Origin: Chthoniobacterales bacterium
GTDB lineage: Bacteria; Verrucomicrobiota; Verrucomicrobiia; Chthoniobacterales; UBA10450
Assembly: GCA_038230255.1 (NCBI GenBank)
Contig: JBBRNP010000002.1
Span: 306,134-370,133, forward strand
DNA: 64,000 nucleotides
Direction: 5' to 3'
Shown here piece by piece: positions 28,384 to 38,532 of this stretch. Position numbers and translations under genes: made by a program. The notes below the pieces were generated by a model. The model searched no databases. It was not told the origin of the DNA and saw nothing but the letters and a program-made list of their open reading frames with translations. Position 1 is the stretch's first letter; every line of letters starts with the position of its first letter.

Positions 28384-30786
28384 CTACAGCTCCGTCGCAG
28401 CCCAGAATTTTCGAAATGCGGTCGGCCAGGTGCGATCGATGACGCTTTCGCGAGCGAAGTTTCCCATCCGCTTTCGCCGATCGGGATCTGCAACCAACTC
28501 TCGAATGGCGCGGGTGAGATCTTCGACATCGTGCGATTTCGTGATTAAACCGTTGCGGTCGTTCTCGACGAGTTCTTTTGGTCCACCGGAATCGGAAACG
28601 ATGACGGGAAGGCCTGAAGCCTGCGCTTCGATGATCACGTTGCCGAACGTGTCGGTTGTGCTCGGAAAAACGAAAATGTCTGCCGACGCATAAGCGGCCG
28701 CCAGTTTCTCGCCGGTCAGGTATCCGGTGAACAAAGCTTCCGGCAGCGATTCGGAAAACTCCCGCGAATACGGTCCGTGGCCGACAACACAAAGTTGGAT
28801 CGACAATCCCTCATCGCGGAGGCGGCGATAAGCTTCCCCCAGAAGATCGAGATCTTTCTCCCGAGAAACGCGCCCCACATAGAGCAACCGGATTTGTCCG
28901 TTTTTGGCGCCGAACTTTTCGAAGAACTTTGAATCGCGCCGAGTGGGATGGAAGAGCTGTGTGTCCAGCCCGCGCGGGAAAATTTTCAATTTTGCGGGAT
29001 CAATCCCGCGCTTAACCCAACTATCCCGATATTCCTCCGAGTTTACGAAGACGGTATCAAGCTGGTCGTAAAACCAGTGCATGTAACGCCAGGTCACGCT
29101 TTCGAGAAAACTGTCTTCGGTCAGGATGCGGACGTATTGCGGAAAATCGGTATGATAAATGCCGCTCGTCTGCAGGTTGAGCATCTTGGCTGCGAGCAAT
29201 GCCGTCAGACCGATCGGTCCCGGCGTGCTGATAATGACTTCGGTGAACCGTTCGCGCTGGATGTAATCGAGCATTTGCAAAATCGGCGGAAAACTTAGCT
29301 TTTGCAGCTCGTACTCGGGCAACTCAAACTCGCCAATCGGTTTGAAGTTTTTGATCGGGATATCGTCAACCGTCAGATCGTTTCGCGACGTGATGACGAT
29401 CAACTCTTTCCCGGCAGTCGCGCCGGCGCCGGTCATTTTGCGAATGGTCGTGGCCACGCCGTTCACATCTTCAAGCGTATCGGTGAACCAGGCGCGCTTG
29501 TTGTTTTGCAAAGCGTCCGGAATTTTTCCGGTCAACTCCCGGAAAATTCTTTGCAACCATTTGCGCGAAGGCGCCTGGCTGTGAAAGCCGTAAATGTAGG
29601 GCGCAAGAATGATCAGGATCGGCGCCATCGCCGTCAGCGCCTGCATGCTTTCGAGCATGTTTCCGGTGCTGATTTGCTGAACGAACTTTTGGAAAAAGCG
29701 AAAGGCCAGCTGCTCGGCGACCATGTTCGCCATCATGAACGTGCGCCGCTCCGCTTCCGGGACCGCGTTCAATTGCTCGGCGAGTTTCGATTTCACTTCA
29801 GGCCGCGCGAAATAACCGGAGAGTTCTTTCCAGAGCGACATGTTCGCGGGCTTGGCGAGTTCGAAGATTTTTCCGGACAAGACACCTTGGGCGATGAAGG
29901 TCGCTTTTTCCGCGAGCGTAAACTCAGTCGGATCGCGGCCCTCCATGAACCGGGAAAACATTTGCTCAATCAGTGCCGCACTCGGTCCGAGTTTCTCGTG
30001 GAAATGATCCTGAACAAACAAGGCGACGGTATTGTAAAACCCGTGCGACAAGGCGAGAGGCGTGCCTCCTTCTCCGCGAGCTTCGCAATCGCCTGTGCGG
30101 ACGTGAGCGAGGAATTTTTGGGCCGAATCAGCGGCCGGCGTTTCGGTAAAAGCCGAGGCAATGAACTTTCCGCCGTGGTCGTCCGAGCCGCCGACCATAA
30201 TCTTTTTCCAAGCCTCGCGATGGGTCGGCTCGAGATTGTGTCGCTCGGTGAACTTCTCGATCTTCTCCGGCGTAAGCGACGCAAAGAGTTCCGGCACGAG
30301 TTCGCTCAGAAGCGCGTCCCGCAAACCGTTGACGCCTTCGAAATGTTTGAAGAGTAAAATAAGCCGCTCAAGATGTGAGGACTCGAGTTTGCCGTTGATG
30401 CTGTAGAGCGGATGCGCGACCGCATGCGCGATTTTCCCGCTCTGCAAGTATCGCTGGAGCGAGAAAATGTTGTCCCGGATGATGACGATGTCGTCGTGCT
30501 GCTTTTCAGTGATGCCCCAGACCAAAAGGTGAATCTTGCAGGGATCTTGCGGGAAATAAGTCGTGACCTGCTCGCTGATGAACGTGTTGGGCAAATCGCG
30601 AATCTTCAGACAGCCGTCGATCGTGTCGTGGTCGGTGATGGTGACGAAGTCCATTCCGCGTTCGAGCAGTTGTCGGTGCAGCTCCCGTGGATCGGAATAG
30701 GAGTCGGGAAAATCAAACCGGCGGAAAAGCCACTCTTCCGAGCGGTCGCTAAAACGGGAGTGAATGTGGAGATCACACTTGCTCAT
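28384..30786 (-). CDS. PHP-domain phosphoesterase fused to a family 4 glycosyltransferase (800 aa)
   Basis: N-terminal PHP motifs (CDLHIHSRFSDRS, FVTITDHDT). C-terminal GT4/GT-B motifs (LLYVGRVSREKDL, FVFPSTTDTFGNVIIEAQASGLPVIVSDSGGPKE). Confidence 0.8.
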   Translation of the reverse strand: MSKCDLHIHSRFSDRSEEWLFRRFDFPDSYSDPRELHRQLLERGMDFVTITDHDTIDGCLKIRDLPNTFISEQVTTYFPQDPCKIHLLVWGITEKQHDDIVIIRDNIFSLQRYLQSGKIAHAVAHPLYSINGKLESSHLERLILLFKHFEGVNGLRDALLSELVPELFASLTPEKIEKFTERHNLEPTHREAWKKIMVGGSDDHGGKFIASAFTETPAADSAQKFLAHVRTGDCEARGEGGTPLALSHGFYNTVALFVQDHFHEKLGPSAALIEQMFSRFMEGRDPTEFTLAEKATFIAQGVLSGKIFELAKPANMSLWKELSGYFARPEVKSKLAEQLNAVPEAERRTFMMANMVAEQLAFRFFQKFVQQISTGNMLESMQALTAMAPILIILAPYIYGFHSQAPSRKWLQRIFRELTGKIPDALQNNKRAWFTDTLEDVNGVATTIRKMTGAGATAGKELIVITSRNDLTVDDIPIKNFKPIGEFELPEYELQKLSFPPILQMLDYIQRERFTEVIISTPGPIGLTALLAAKMLNLQTSGIYHTDFPQYVRILTEDSFLESVTWRYMHWFYDQLDTVFVNSEEYRDSWVKRGIDPAKLKIFPRGLDTQLFHPTRRDSKFFEKFGAKNGQIRLLYVGRVSREKDLDLLGEAYRRLRDEGLSIQLCVVGHGPYSREFSESLPEALFTGYLTGEKLAAAYASADIFVFPSTTDTFGNVIIEAQASGLPVIVSDSGGPKELVENDRNGLITKSHDVEDLTRAIRELVADPDRRKRMGNFARESVIDRTWPTAFRKFWAATEL

Positions 30787-30792
30787 ATATAA

Positions 30793-31602
30793 TTAGAGCC
30801 CGCGCTTGAGTCGTTGCTCGGCGATCCACTCCTGATAAGTCGTTGGCGTCCTTCGGCCGTCCATTTCCCCGATAAGATCGACAATCTGGCGCCAAATGGT
30901 CGGATGGGAAAAATCCGGCGGATGAATACTGAGCCGCAGGAGTGGTTTGCTCTCCAGGGCTCGGTTCAGGGCGGCGTTCCAAGCCAAACTGACTATACGT
31001 CGCCAACTGTTGCGAACGCTGTAAACCAGCGACCGTGCCGGAAATGTTTCGCCTGAGCGCAAATCATGCACTGTTCGAAGGCGAGTGGTGTATTCCATTT
31101 CCGCATCGCGGGCTGCGCGTTCTCCTTCACTGCTCAGCAACCATGCCGGCGCGACAAAACCGCGCGGTTTCAACCCCGCTGCCAGATATTCGTCGCGGGC
31201 GGTGTTAATTCGCCGAAACGCTTCGTCGTATCCGAGATCGTAAAATTCGCCTTCGCCTTGGGTGTAGACTCGGGTCACGAATTTTTCGAGAAAGCTTTCG
31301 CGCCCCTGAGTCGGCCGCTCGTGAAAAAATCCGTGAATGACGATTTCGTTTCCGGCCGCTTCCAAGTTGCGCAGCCAGGAAACAAATTGTCGATCTTTCA
31401 TCGACGCGCCCTGGTGATAATAATCGGGCACGACCAGAAGCGAGCAATGCCTAATTCCTTTTGCTGTCAGCTCGGAAATAATTTTCTCCACGATCGGTTG
31501 CGTGGCGGGCGCGACGTCGTGAATAGAAACGACCAGAAAATCCTTCGTCGCACTCGCCGCGGCGACAACGGGCAGAAACTGCGTGGCCACAGCCGATGTC
31601 AT
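30793..31602 (-). CDS. DUF2334 / polysaccharide deacetylase-like protein
   Basis: SIHDVAPATQ...LLVVPDYYH...IVIHGFFHE resembles the DUF2334 pattern. It lies 6 nt upstream of the PHP-GT4 gene. Confidence 0.65.
   Translation of the reverse strand: MTSAVATQFLPVVAAASATKDFLVVSIHDVAPATQPIVEKIISELTAKGIRHCSLLVVPDYYHQGASMKDRQFVSWLRNLEAAGNEIVIHGFFHERPTQGRESFLEKFVTRVYTQGEGEFYDLGYDEAFRRINTARDEYLAAGLKPRGFVAPAWLLSSEGERAARDAEMEYTTRLRTVHDLRSGETFPARSLVYSVRNSWRRIVSLAWNAALNRALESKPLLRLSIHPPDFSHPTIWRQIVDLIGEMDGRRTPTTYQEWIAEQRLKRGL
30874..30885 (-). repeat. Iterated word copy ATTGTCGATCTT
   Basis: Exact 12-mer on the minus strand. Inside the DUF2334 gene, sense, read as I-V-D-L. Confidence 0.9.
31386..31397 (+). 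repeat. Iterated word copy ATTGTCGATCTT
   Basis: Exact 12-mer. Inside the DUF2334 gene, antisense; the coding strand reads K-D-R-Q. Confidence 0.9.
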
Positions 31603-31645
31603 TTCCCCAAATTTTCGACCCCGCTACCCGTGCGAACAAGTGAAA

Positions 31646-32095
31646 TTACCTGCCGGCCATCTTCACGATAATAGTAAAGTCTTTGGCAGCCAGCGACATG
31701 ACCGAAAGGCGCGATAGTCGAACGAGCGCAATGTTCTTGAGCGCTGGTTTCGCTTTGATTTCGCTTAATGTGACCGGCTTGGGTAGCGGCTTGAGCGGGA
31801 CAAGATCAACTGCGCTCCAATCGCCCTCTTTCGCGGTTGTGTCGCGGTAAGCGGTGCGCGAGACTTTCGCAATCCCAACTACAGCTTTCGTTTGCTCTTG
31901 CGCGGAAGCGCTACTGCCTGTCCGGCCCGGACCGCCGCTATGATAGAACAAAACCTCGTCGCCCTTGGCCATTCGGCGAAGGTTATTTCGGGCGGCGAAA
32001 TTCCGAACCCCGGTCCAGCTTGTGCTGCCATCAGCAACAAAATCTGACCACGAGTAATCAGATGGTTCCTGTTTCACGAGCCAGAAATTTTTCAT
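31646..32095 (-). CDS. EVE (PUA-like) domain protein
   Basis: MKNFWLVKQEPSDYSWSDF...WTGVRNFAARNNLRRMAKGDEVLFYHS is the classic EVE/DUF55 N-terminus. Confidence 0.85.
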   Translation of the reverse strand: MKNFWLVKQEPSDYSWSDFVADGSTSWTGVRNFAARNNLRRMAKGDEVLFYHSGGPGRTGSSASAQEQTKAVVGIAKVSRTAYRDTTAKEGDWSAVDLVPLKPLPKPVTLSEIKAKPALKNIALVRLSRLSVMSLAAKDFTIIVKMAGR

Positions 32096-32120
32096 CGCTT
32101 CAACTTAACGCAGTTCGACA

Positions 32121-32132
32121 ATTGTCGATCTT
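32121..32132 (+). repeat. Iterated word copy ATTGTCGATCTT (intergenic)
   Basis: Exact 12-mer in the 56-nt gap between the divergent EVE gene and tmk. Confidence 0.9.
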
Positions 32133-32151
32133 TGTTTGAAGATTCGGGCTC

Positions 32152-32799
32152 ATGGCGCATCTGCCTTTTATCACATTTGAAGGCTCGGAGGGTTGTGGAA
32201 AATCGACCCAGGTGCAAATGCTCGCTACCCGCTTCGAGACGCTGGGAGTTCAATTTCTTGTTACGCGTGAACCGGGCGGCACGCCTATTGGCGAATCAAT
32301 CCGCGAACTGTTGCAATTCGCGCCGCAAAGCGCGGGGATGACTCCGGAAACTGAACTGCTTCTTTTTGAAGCGAGCCGCAGCCAGCTCGTTCGCGAAGTG
32401 ATCAAGCCGGCGCTGGACGCTGGTAAATGCGTGATCGCGGACCGCTTTTTCGATTCGACGACGGTTTATCAAGGGGTCGCGCGCCAGCTGGATCGAAAGA
32501 TCGTGCGTCAACTGAACGCCTTCGCTGTCGGCGATTGTGTTCCCGACATTACATTCCTGCTCGATGTCGATCTTGAAACGGCGCGAGCGCGAATGAAAGG
32601 GCCGCGACGGCCAGACCGAATGGAACAACAATCAAACGAGTTTTATGAGCAGGTTCGAGATGGTTATCTGGAGCTTGCCAAATGGCAACGTGATCGAGTG
32701 GTGGTGATCAAGGGTTGGCAGTCGCCCTACGATATCGAGAAGGAGATTTGGGAAACGCTTTGCTGGCGTTTTCCAAATCTGGTCAAGCCCCCGGATTAA
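32152..32799 (+). CDS. tmk: Thymidylate kinase
   Basis: P-loop FEGSEGCGKSTQ, followed by the DRF motif and lid region. Confidence 0.95.
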   Translation: MAHLPFITFEGSEGCGKSTQVQMLATRFETLGVQFLVTREPGGTPIGESIRELLQFAPQSAGMTPETELLLFEASRSQLVREVIKPALDAGKCVIADRFFDSTTVYQGVARQLDRKIVRQLNAFAVGDCVPDITFLLDVDLETARARMKGPRRPDRMEQQSNEFYEQVRDGYLELAKWQRDRVVVIKGWQSPYDIEKEIWETLCWRFPNLVKPPD

Positions 32800-32800
32800 C

Positions 32801-33772
32801 ATGGCTTTCACGCGCAAAGCAGCGATTGGACTTTTGCGGCGGGCGCACGATCAAAATCGTTTAGGCCACGCCTATTTGATTTCAGGACCGGCCGGGAGCG
32901 GGAAAAGGGAGGTGGCCGCGGAATTGGCGAGCACGGTCAACGGAACAGACGCCGGCGACGTTTTTTCCTCAAAGGCCCGCGAGATTTTTCTGGCCGAACC
33001 GGAATCGAAATCGAGAAGGATTTTGATCGAGCAAATTCGCGAGCTGGAACACGGACTCCAAATGCGCGCTGCGGAAGGCCGCCGGAAAGTGGCGATCATT
33101 TCCGAGGCGGACCGGTTGCAACCGCAGGCGGCGAACGCGTTTCTCAAAACGCTGGAGGAGCCGCCAGCGAATTCGCTTTTGCTTTTATTGAGTGCGCTGC
33201 CCGAAGCGTTGCCCGACACGATTGTGTCGCGTTGCATTTCTATTCCGCTGGCAGCGAGTGGCGAAGAAGTTGAAATGCCGGAGCGCGCTGAACTGGTGGA
33301 ATTGCTTCGCGACACCGCGCGCGAGAAGAGTTGGAGCGTTCAGCAGGCCTATCGTATCGGGCAGGGCCTGCAGTCGTTGCTCGGAAAAGTTCGAGAAGAA
33401 ATCAAAGCGCAAACGGCCGAGGCGTTAAAAAAAGAGGAAACGCGTTATCGGAACTCGACCGACGGCGCCTGGCTGGACGATCGCGAAGATTATTACAAGG
33501 CGCTGACCGAGAGTCTCTACATCCAGCGTCGCGCAATGCTAGTGGAAGTGTTGCTGGAGTTTTGGTCGGACGTTTTGCGCGCGTGCAGTAAAGTTGCCCG
33601 TCGCGATTTGTCGTCGGCAAAAAAAGAAACGGCCGCTCTGGCGGAACGCTTCACCGCGCCGGAAGTGCTGCGCCGAATTCAACGCTTGGAGGAATTGCGG
33701 GACAATCTCGGACGCAATATTCAGGAAGCGCTTGCATTCGAAGTTGCATTTCTTGAGGTTTTCGGCTCCTGA
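32801..33772 (+). CDS. holB: DNA polymerase III delta-prime subunit
   Basis: HAYLISGPAGSGK, then NAFLKTLEEPP and SRC motifs. Immediately follows tmk, as in many genomes. Confidence 0.85.
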   Translation: MAFTRKAAIGLLRRAHDQNRLGHAYLISGPAGSGKREVAAELASTVNGTDAGDVFSSKAREIFLAEPESKSRRILIEQIRELEHGLQMRAAEGRRKVAIISEADRLQPQAANAFLKTLEEPPANSLLLLLSALPEALPDTIVSRCISIPLAASGEEVEMPERAELVELLRDTAREKSWSVQQAYRIGQGLQSLLGKVREEIKAQTAEALKKEETRYRNSTDGAWLDDREDYYKALTESLYIQRRAMLVEVLLEFWSDVLRACSKVARRDLSSAKKETAALAERFTAPEVLRRIQRLEELRDNLGRNIQEALAFEVAFLEVFGS

Positions 33773-33800
33773 ACTGTGTAACACTCGGATCAAGACAAGA

Positions 33801-34544
33801 ATGAGATTTGAAAATCAGGCGGCGATCGTCACGGGCGCGGGGCGGGGGATCGGACATGCGATCGCGGTCCGTCTCGCGAGTGAAGGCGCGCGGGTGGCGT
33901 GCGTCAGTCGCAGCGAACAAAACGCCAAGCGCACGGCGGATGAGCTAAATATTTTGTGCGCGGATTCGGCGAAGCATTACGCAGTCGACGTCGCCGATCA
34001 CGCCGCGGTGCAAAAGGTAGGGGCGCAAATTCTCGAGGACTTTACCAAGATCGACATCTTGGTTAACAACGCCGGCGTCACGCGCGATGGGCTTGCGATG
34101 CGCATGTCGGTCGAAGATTGGGACACGGTCATCAACACGAATTTGCGCGGCGCGTTCAATTTCACGCAGTCGATCCTCCGCGCCATGATCAAGCAGCGTA
34201 GCGGTCGCATCATTAATATAACCTCTGTGATCGGTTTGATCGGCAATGCCGGCCAGGCCAATTACGCCGCCAGCAAAGCCGGACTGATTGGTTTTACAAA
34301 ATCGCTCGCGCGCGAGCTAGCCAGCCGGAACATCACCGTCAACGCGATCGCGCCCGGATTCATCACCACCGACATGACGGCAGGTTTGTCGGAGGAGATT
34401 AAGAAAACGATCCAATCGCAAATTCCACTCGGGAAAACGGGCGCGCCCGAAGATGTCGCCAGCACCGCGGCGTTTCTTGCTTCCACGGAGGCGAGCTATA
34501 TCACCGGACAGGTGATCTGCGTGGACGGCGGAATGGTGATGTGA
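33801..34544 (+). CDS. fabG: 3-oxoacyl-ACP reductase FabG (SDR)
   Basis: TGAGRGIG, NNAG and YAASKAG motifs. Start at ATG 33801 (MRFENQAAIVTGA). The ORF-track upstream extension overlaps holB. Confidence 0.9.
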   Translation: MRFENQAAIVTGAGRGIGHAIAVRLASEGARVACVSRSEQNAKRTADELNILCADSAKHYAVDVADHAAVQKVGAQILEDFTKIDILVNNAGVTRDGLAMRMSVEDWDTVINTNLRGAFNFTQSILRAMIKQRSGRIINITSVIGLIGNAGQANYAASKAGLIGFTKSLARELASRNITVNAIAPGFITTDMTAGLSEEIKKTIQSQIPLGKTGAPEDVASTAAFLASTEASYITGQVICVDGGMVM

Positions 34545-34547
34545 TTT

Positions 34548-34655
34548 GTCATCCCGAGCGCAAGCGAGGGATCTCCCAATCGAAGCGCAGAACACACAAG
34601 TTAATTAGTGTGATCAATCACCCTGTGAGAGATCCTTCACTCCGTTCAGGATGAC
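34548..34655. repeat. REP-like long imperfect inverted repeat (GTCATCC-GAGCG...GGATCTC family)
   Basis: Left arm GTCATCCCGAGCGCAAGCGAGGGATCTC. The right arm reverse-complements to GTCATCCTGAACGGAGTGAAGGATCTC. Lies between convergent fabG and the sulfotransferase gene. Confidence 0.7.
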
Positions 34656-34683
34656 ACGGCTGGGCCCGCGGGAGTTGAACGAG

Positions 34684-35952
34684 TCACGCCGCAGCTGCCG
34701 CGCGTTCTTCGTCTTCGTTCGAGGTCGCAGTCGAAAAGCCGAATCGTTCGCAGTACTCGGCAAATCCGTTCATTCCATCCAGTTTGAAATGCGTCGGATC
34801 ATAACGGTGAACGCCGTTCGCCTGAGAGCTTTGCTCCGCGAGCGTCACGCCCATCTGTTTTTCGATTTCCGCCGAGAACGGCCAGCCAAAGTGCTGGTAA
34901 ACGCGCCGGGCGGCGGCAATCGGATCACGTCGCACCTCGTCGTAACGGAGATCGCAAACGCGCTGGGCTGGCAGCTGATCTCGCGCTTGCATGAAAGTCT
35001 TTAGCGCTTGCGCCCAATAAGTCAGCGCATCGCGGCCGATCTGGACCGGATCAACAGTGTCGCTGAAAACGCGCCGCAAAATTGTAACGAGACTTGAAAC
35101 CGAAGCGACCGCTTCAATCGGGTCCCGATGAATCTGGACGAATCGTGCGTCGGGATAGATCGACAACAACGCCGGCGCGGCGAACATGTGGGCCGGCGCT
35201 TTCAAGACCCATCGCTCCGCCGATTGCCGGAACTGGAGATGTTGCAGCGAGCGGCGATGAAATTCGTAAGCTGGCCGCAAATCCTGGTTAAAAAACCACG
35301 CGCGATACGATGGCACGTTATACATCGTGTCGAACTGGTCGCTCAGGAAGGTCGGGCTCATCAGCGAAACGCATTCCTGCGGCAACTCTGCGCCGGTCGC
35401 ATGCACGCTTTCGAAAGTCGGAGCCAGCCAGCGCAACATGGCGAGATTTCGCGTCGCTTGGCGAATCCGTTCCTGGCGATTTTCCGCGTTCGGCGGTGAG
35501 GGCGACATTACCTCCCACGTTAGCGGCGCGCGGTTCGCCGGATCAGCGGCCAGAAGCATGTGCAGCAGTGTGGTTCCGCTCCGGGGCAAGCCGACGATGA
35601 ATAACGGTTCGCGGATCTTTTGTTGCGCGATCTCGGGATAAAGCTGGCGGTCGCGCGCGAGCAGGAGCCGGTTGGACAAAATCCGCACCACGTCGCTTCC
35701 CAGCGCCATTTTTCCGATCACGTTGAGCCGGGCTTCGCGATGGCATGATTCCAACAGGTGAGAAAGCGGCTCGAAAAAGTCGCCTTCGCCAAAATCATCG
35801 AGCCGGCAACGTCGCTTTGCTGTCTCGATTAATTTCCGAGCGGACGGAGATGTCGATCTCACGCCGATTTTTTCGAGCGCCGCGCCGCATTTATTCAAGA
35901 CCCGGATCAAAAGCGGAGCGCGAGTTTGCTCGACAGTCGTGGGCGCGCGCAT
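34684..35952 (-). CDS. Sulfotransferase family protein
   Basis: 5'-PSB-like P-loop ([17 protein letters not shown]). 422 aa. Confidence 0.75.
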   Translation of the reverse strand: MRAPTTVEQTRAPLLIRVLNKCGAALEKIGVRSTSPSARKLIETAKRRCRLDDFGEGDFFEPLSHLLESCHREARLNVIGKMALGSDVVRILSNRLLLARDRQLYPEIAQQKIREPLFIVGLPRSGTTLLHMLLAADPANRAPLTWEVMSPSPPNAENRQERIRQATRNLAMLRWLAPTFESVHATGAELPQECVSLMSPTFLSDQFDTMYNVPSYRAWFFNQDLRPAYEFHRRSLQHLQFRQSAERWVLKAPAHMFAAPALLSIYPDARFVQIHRDPIEAVASVSSLVTILRRVFSDTVDPVQIGRDALTYWAQALKTFMQARDQLPAQRVCDLRYDEVRRDPIAAARRVYQHFGWPFSAEIEKQMGVTLAEQSSQANGVHRYDPTHFKLDGMNGFAEYCERFGFSTATSNEDEERAAAAA

Positions 35953-36030
35953 ACATCGACAATTGTGGCAGGCGCGCCCGAAGGCAAGCCCGCATCTTGC
36001 GCAGCGGACGCAACCGTCCGATCATTTGTT

Positions 36031-36507
36031 ATGGCGACTGAGAAAGCGACGTTCGGGGCCGGTTGTTTTTGGGGCGTAGAGGAGACTTTCCGTAAACTAA
36101 GTGGCGTAACATCGACCGCCGTCGGATATGCGGGCGGCAACAAGGACAATCCGACCTACGAAGACGTTTGCAGCGACGAGACCGGCCACGCCGAGGTCGT
36201 TCAATTGGAATTCGATCCTTCGCAAGTCAGTTACGACCAGATCCTTGACGTTTTCTGGTCCAACCACAATCCGACCACGTTAAATCGGCAGGGCCCGGAT
36301 GTCGGCGCGCAATACCGTTCGGTAATTTTCTATCATTCGCCCGAACAGAAAGCCGCAGCCGAGAAGTCGAAGCAAAAAATTGCCGAGAGCGGCAAGTTCA
36401 ATCGACCGGTTGTGACCCAAATCGAGCCGGCGCCGAAGTTCTGGCGCGCGGAGGAATATCACCAGCGCTATCTAGAAAAGCGCGGCCAGTCGCACTGCGC
36501 GATCTAA
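36031..36507 (+). CDS. msrA: Peptide methionine-S-sulfoxide reductase MsrA
   Basis: [10 protein letters not shown] active site. Start at ATG 36031 (MATEKATF). Confidence 0.95.
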   Translation: MATEKATFGAGCFWGVEETFRKLSGVTSTAVGYAGGNKDNPTYEDVCSDETGHAEVVQLEFDPSQVSYDQILDVFWSNHNPTTLNRQGPDVGAQYRSVIFYHSPEQKAAAEKSKQKIAESGKFNRPVVTQIEPAPKFWRAEEYHQRYLEKRGQSHCAI

Positions 36508-36511
36508 GCGC

Positions 36512-37204
36512 ATGGCCGGCGACGTTATTCGAACGAAAAACTTCGTAGCGGACGCGGCCAGCTTCATTGTCGATCTTGCCCATAAAGCGCTGGCGGAGCG
36601 GCATGAGTTCCGGATCGCGCTCTCAGGCGGAAATACGCCGCGGCCGGTTTATTCGGAAATCGCTCGGATCGGTCGTGACCTTCCGTGGGAACGCATTCTC
36701 ATCACGTTCGGGGACGAGCGCTGCGTTCCGCCGGACGATCCGCAGAGTAATTTTCGGATGGCGCGCGAAACGTTGTTCATTCCCGCCAGCGTGCCCGAAA
36801 AATCAATCATGCGCATGCGGGGCGAGATCGATCCGCAAATCGCCGCCCAGCAATATCAGGACGATGTCGATCTTCTGGCCACGCAACGCGGCGAACAGAT
36901 TTACCGGCACGATTTAATTTTGCTCGGATTGGGCGACGACGGTCACACTGCTTCACTGTTTCCGGATAGCGCGGCGTTAAATGAAGCGACCCGGCGTGTA
37001 GTCGCGAATTTTGTCGCAAAGCTAAACGCCTGGCGTCTGACTTTTACGTTTCCACTCATCAATCACGCGCGAAATGTTTGTTTTCTGGTGAACGCGACCA
37101 AGCAGGCCAAGTTGATTGACCGTGTAATCAGCGGCGATTCGCAGTTTCCGGCAACGCGGGTCAATCCAACTGCTGGGAAACTGACCTGGATGCTCGGCGA
37201 GTGA
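36512..37204 (+). CDS. pgl: 6-phosphogluconolactonase
   Basis: ALSGGNTP, FGDERCVP and LLGLGDDGHTASLFP motifs. Confidence 0.85.
   Translation: MAGDVIRTKNFVADAASFIVDLAHKALAERHEFRIALSGGNTPRPVYSEIARIGRDLPWERILITFGDERCVPPDDPQSNFRMARETLFIPASVPEKSIMRMRGEIDPQIAAQQYQDDVDLLATQRGEQIYRHDLILLGLGDDGHTASLFPDSAALNEATRRVVANFVAKLNAWRLTFTFPLINHARNVCFLVNATKQAKLIDRVISGDSQFPATRVNPTAGKLTWMLGE
36566..36577 (+). repeat. Iterated word copy ATTGTCGATCTT
   Basis: Exact 12-mer. Inside pgl, sense, read as I-V-D-L. Confidence 0.9.
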
Positions 37205-37233
37205 CGCCTCAACTTCTCAACAACTCAACTTCG

Positions 37234-37638
37234 TTAGTACTGCTCGCCTTCGTCCGGCGTCGGCGTCACGCGGTCGTCGATCGCCCAAACATGTAGCATC
37301 ACCGCTCCCCAATACGGAATGAGCATCAGGATTCCCCATCCAGCCGACGCCACCGCTGCCAAAATTGCGAAAGCGATGGCGGTAGGAGTAATGAGAAACA
37401 AAATGAGCGCGCCCATCACGCGATGACCTTTGTAGATATGGCCGAGTCCCGGAATGATGCTGAGCAATATCGCCATTGCATCGCTTGCTTTTGGCTCCGC
37501 CGGTTTGGTTGCTTCGCGCGTCCAATCACAACTGGGGCACGCCTGCGCGTTCATCGGAAGCGTGGTCCCGCAAAAAGGACAGCGCATTGTGTCCCAGCTG
37601 ATCGGTTCGGGCTGCGTCGGGGCGTCAGTATATTCCAT
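37234..37638 (-). CDS. Zinc-ribbon membrane protein
   Basis: CPFCG...CPSC ribbon followed by 2-3 TM helices (IPGLGHIYKGH). I chose the start at the internal M (MEYTDAPT). Confidence 0.5.
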   Translation of the reverse strand: MEYTDAPTQPEPISWDTMRCPFCGTTLPMNAQACPSCDWTREATKPAEPKASDAMAILLSIIPGLGHIYKGHRVMGALILFLITPTAIAFAILAAVASAGWGILMLIPYWGAVMLHVWAIDDRVTPTPDEGEQY

Positions 37639-37737
37639 ACCCAGATTGAATCGTCCTTGAACGTCACAAGAGCGGCCGAATTCGTCAAGCATTCCTTGTC
37701 ATTCTCGAGTCTGTCTTAGAATGTGTGGCCTCCGCCA

Positions 37738-38526
37738 ATGCCGACGCTTTCTGACATCGTTGAGTACACCGACAAATATCTTCGCATTCGAGAAATTGAA
37801 GATTGGCCGAATGCCCTTAACGGTCTGCAAATCGAAAACTCCGGCAACGTCACCAAAATTGGCGCCGCGGTGGATGTTTCCACGCGCGTTCTGACCAAAG
37901 CCGCTAACCAACATGTCGATCTTCTGGTCGTGCATCATGGATTGTTCTGGCCGGGATTGCAGAGCGTGACCGGCCCGTTGCGTCGGCAGTTAAAAATCGC
38001 ATTTGAAAACAACATCGCGCTCTACAGCGCGCATCTGCCGCTCGATGTTCACCCCGATGTAGGCAATAACGCGCAGCTTGCGTCGGCGCTTGGATTCAAA
38101 TCTACGAAACCGTTCCTGGAAGAGAAAGGGGAGCTAGTTGGGTTGCGAATAAAACAAGCGTTGCCGCGAGCAGAATTGATCCGCAAGCTCAGAAGAGTTT
38201 TGCGCGGACCGATCAAGTCCTTCAATTTCGGACCAAAAGAAACATCCAGGATTGGGATCGTCACCGGCGGCGCTGGCTCGGAAATTTATCGGATTGCGCA
38301 AGAAAAGACCCGCCTCCGCAAAATCGGCTACGGCGGGCAGGTCGACACGTTCGTCACTGGCGAAGCGCCGCACTGGGCGGGGGTGGCGGCGGAGGAACTT
38401 GGAATGAATCTTCTGCTTGGCGGCCATTACGCGACCGAGACGTTCGGCGTCAAAGCGCTCGCGGCGCATCTCTCGAAACGGTTCAAGTTGCCGTGGGAGT
38501 TTTTGGATTTCCCAACCGGCCTGTGA
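37738..38526 (+). CDS. Nif3-like dinuclear metal centre protein
   Basis: DLLVVHHGLFW, LYSAHLPLD and GGHYATE motifs. Confidence 0.85.
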   Translation: MPTLSDIVEYTDKYLRIREIEDWPNALNGLQIENSGNVTKIGAAVDVSTRVLTKAANQHVDLLVVHHGLFWPGLQSVTGPLRRQLKIAFENNIALYSAHLPLDVHPDVGNNAQLASALGFKSTKPFLEEKGELVGLRIKQALPRAELIRKLRRVLRGPIKSFNFGPKETSRIGIVTGGAGSEIYRIAQEKTRLRKIGYGGQVDTFVTGEAPHWAGVAAEELGMNLLLGGHYATETFGVKALAAHLSKRFKLPWEFLDFPTGL

Positions 38527-38532
38527 CCGCGA

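Noticed and set aside
28220-28792. 190-aa Arg-rich ORF overlapping the end of the PHP-GT4 gene and the start of the PG-binding gene
   Set aside because: It is an out-of-frame overlap with two well-supported genes.
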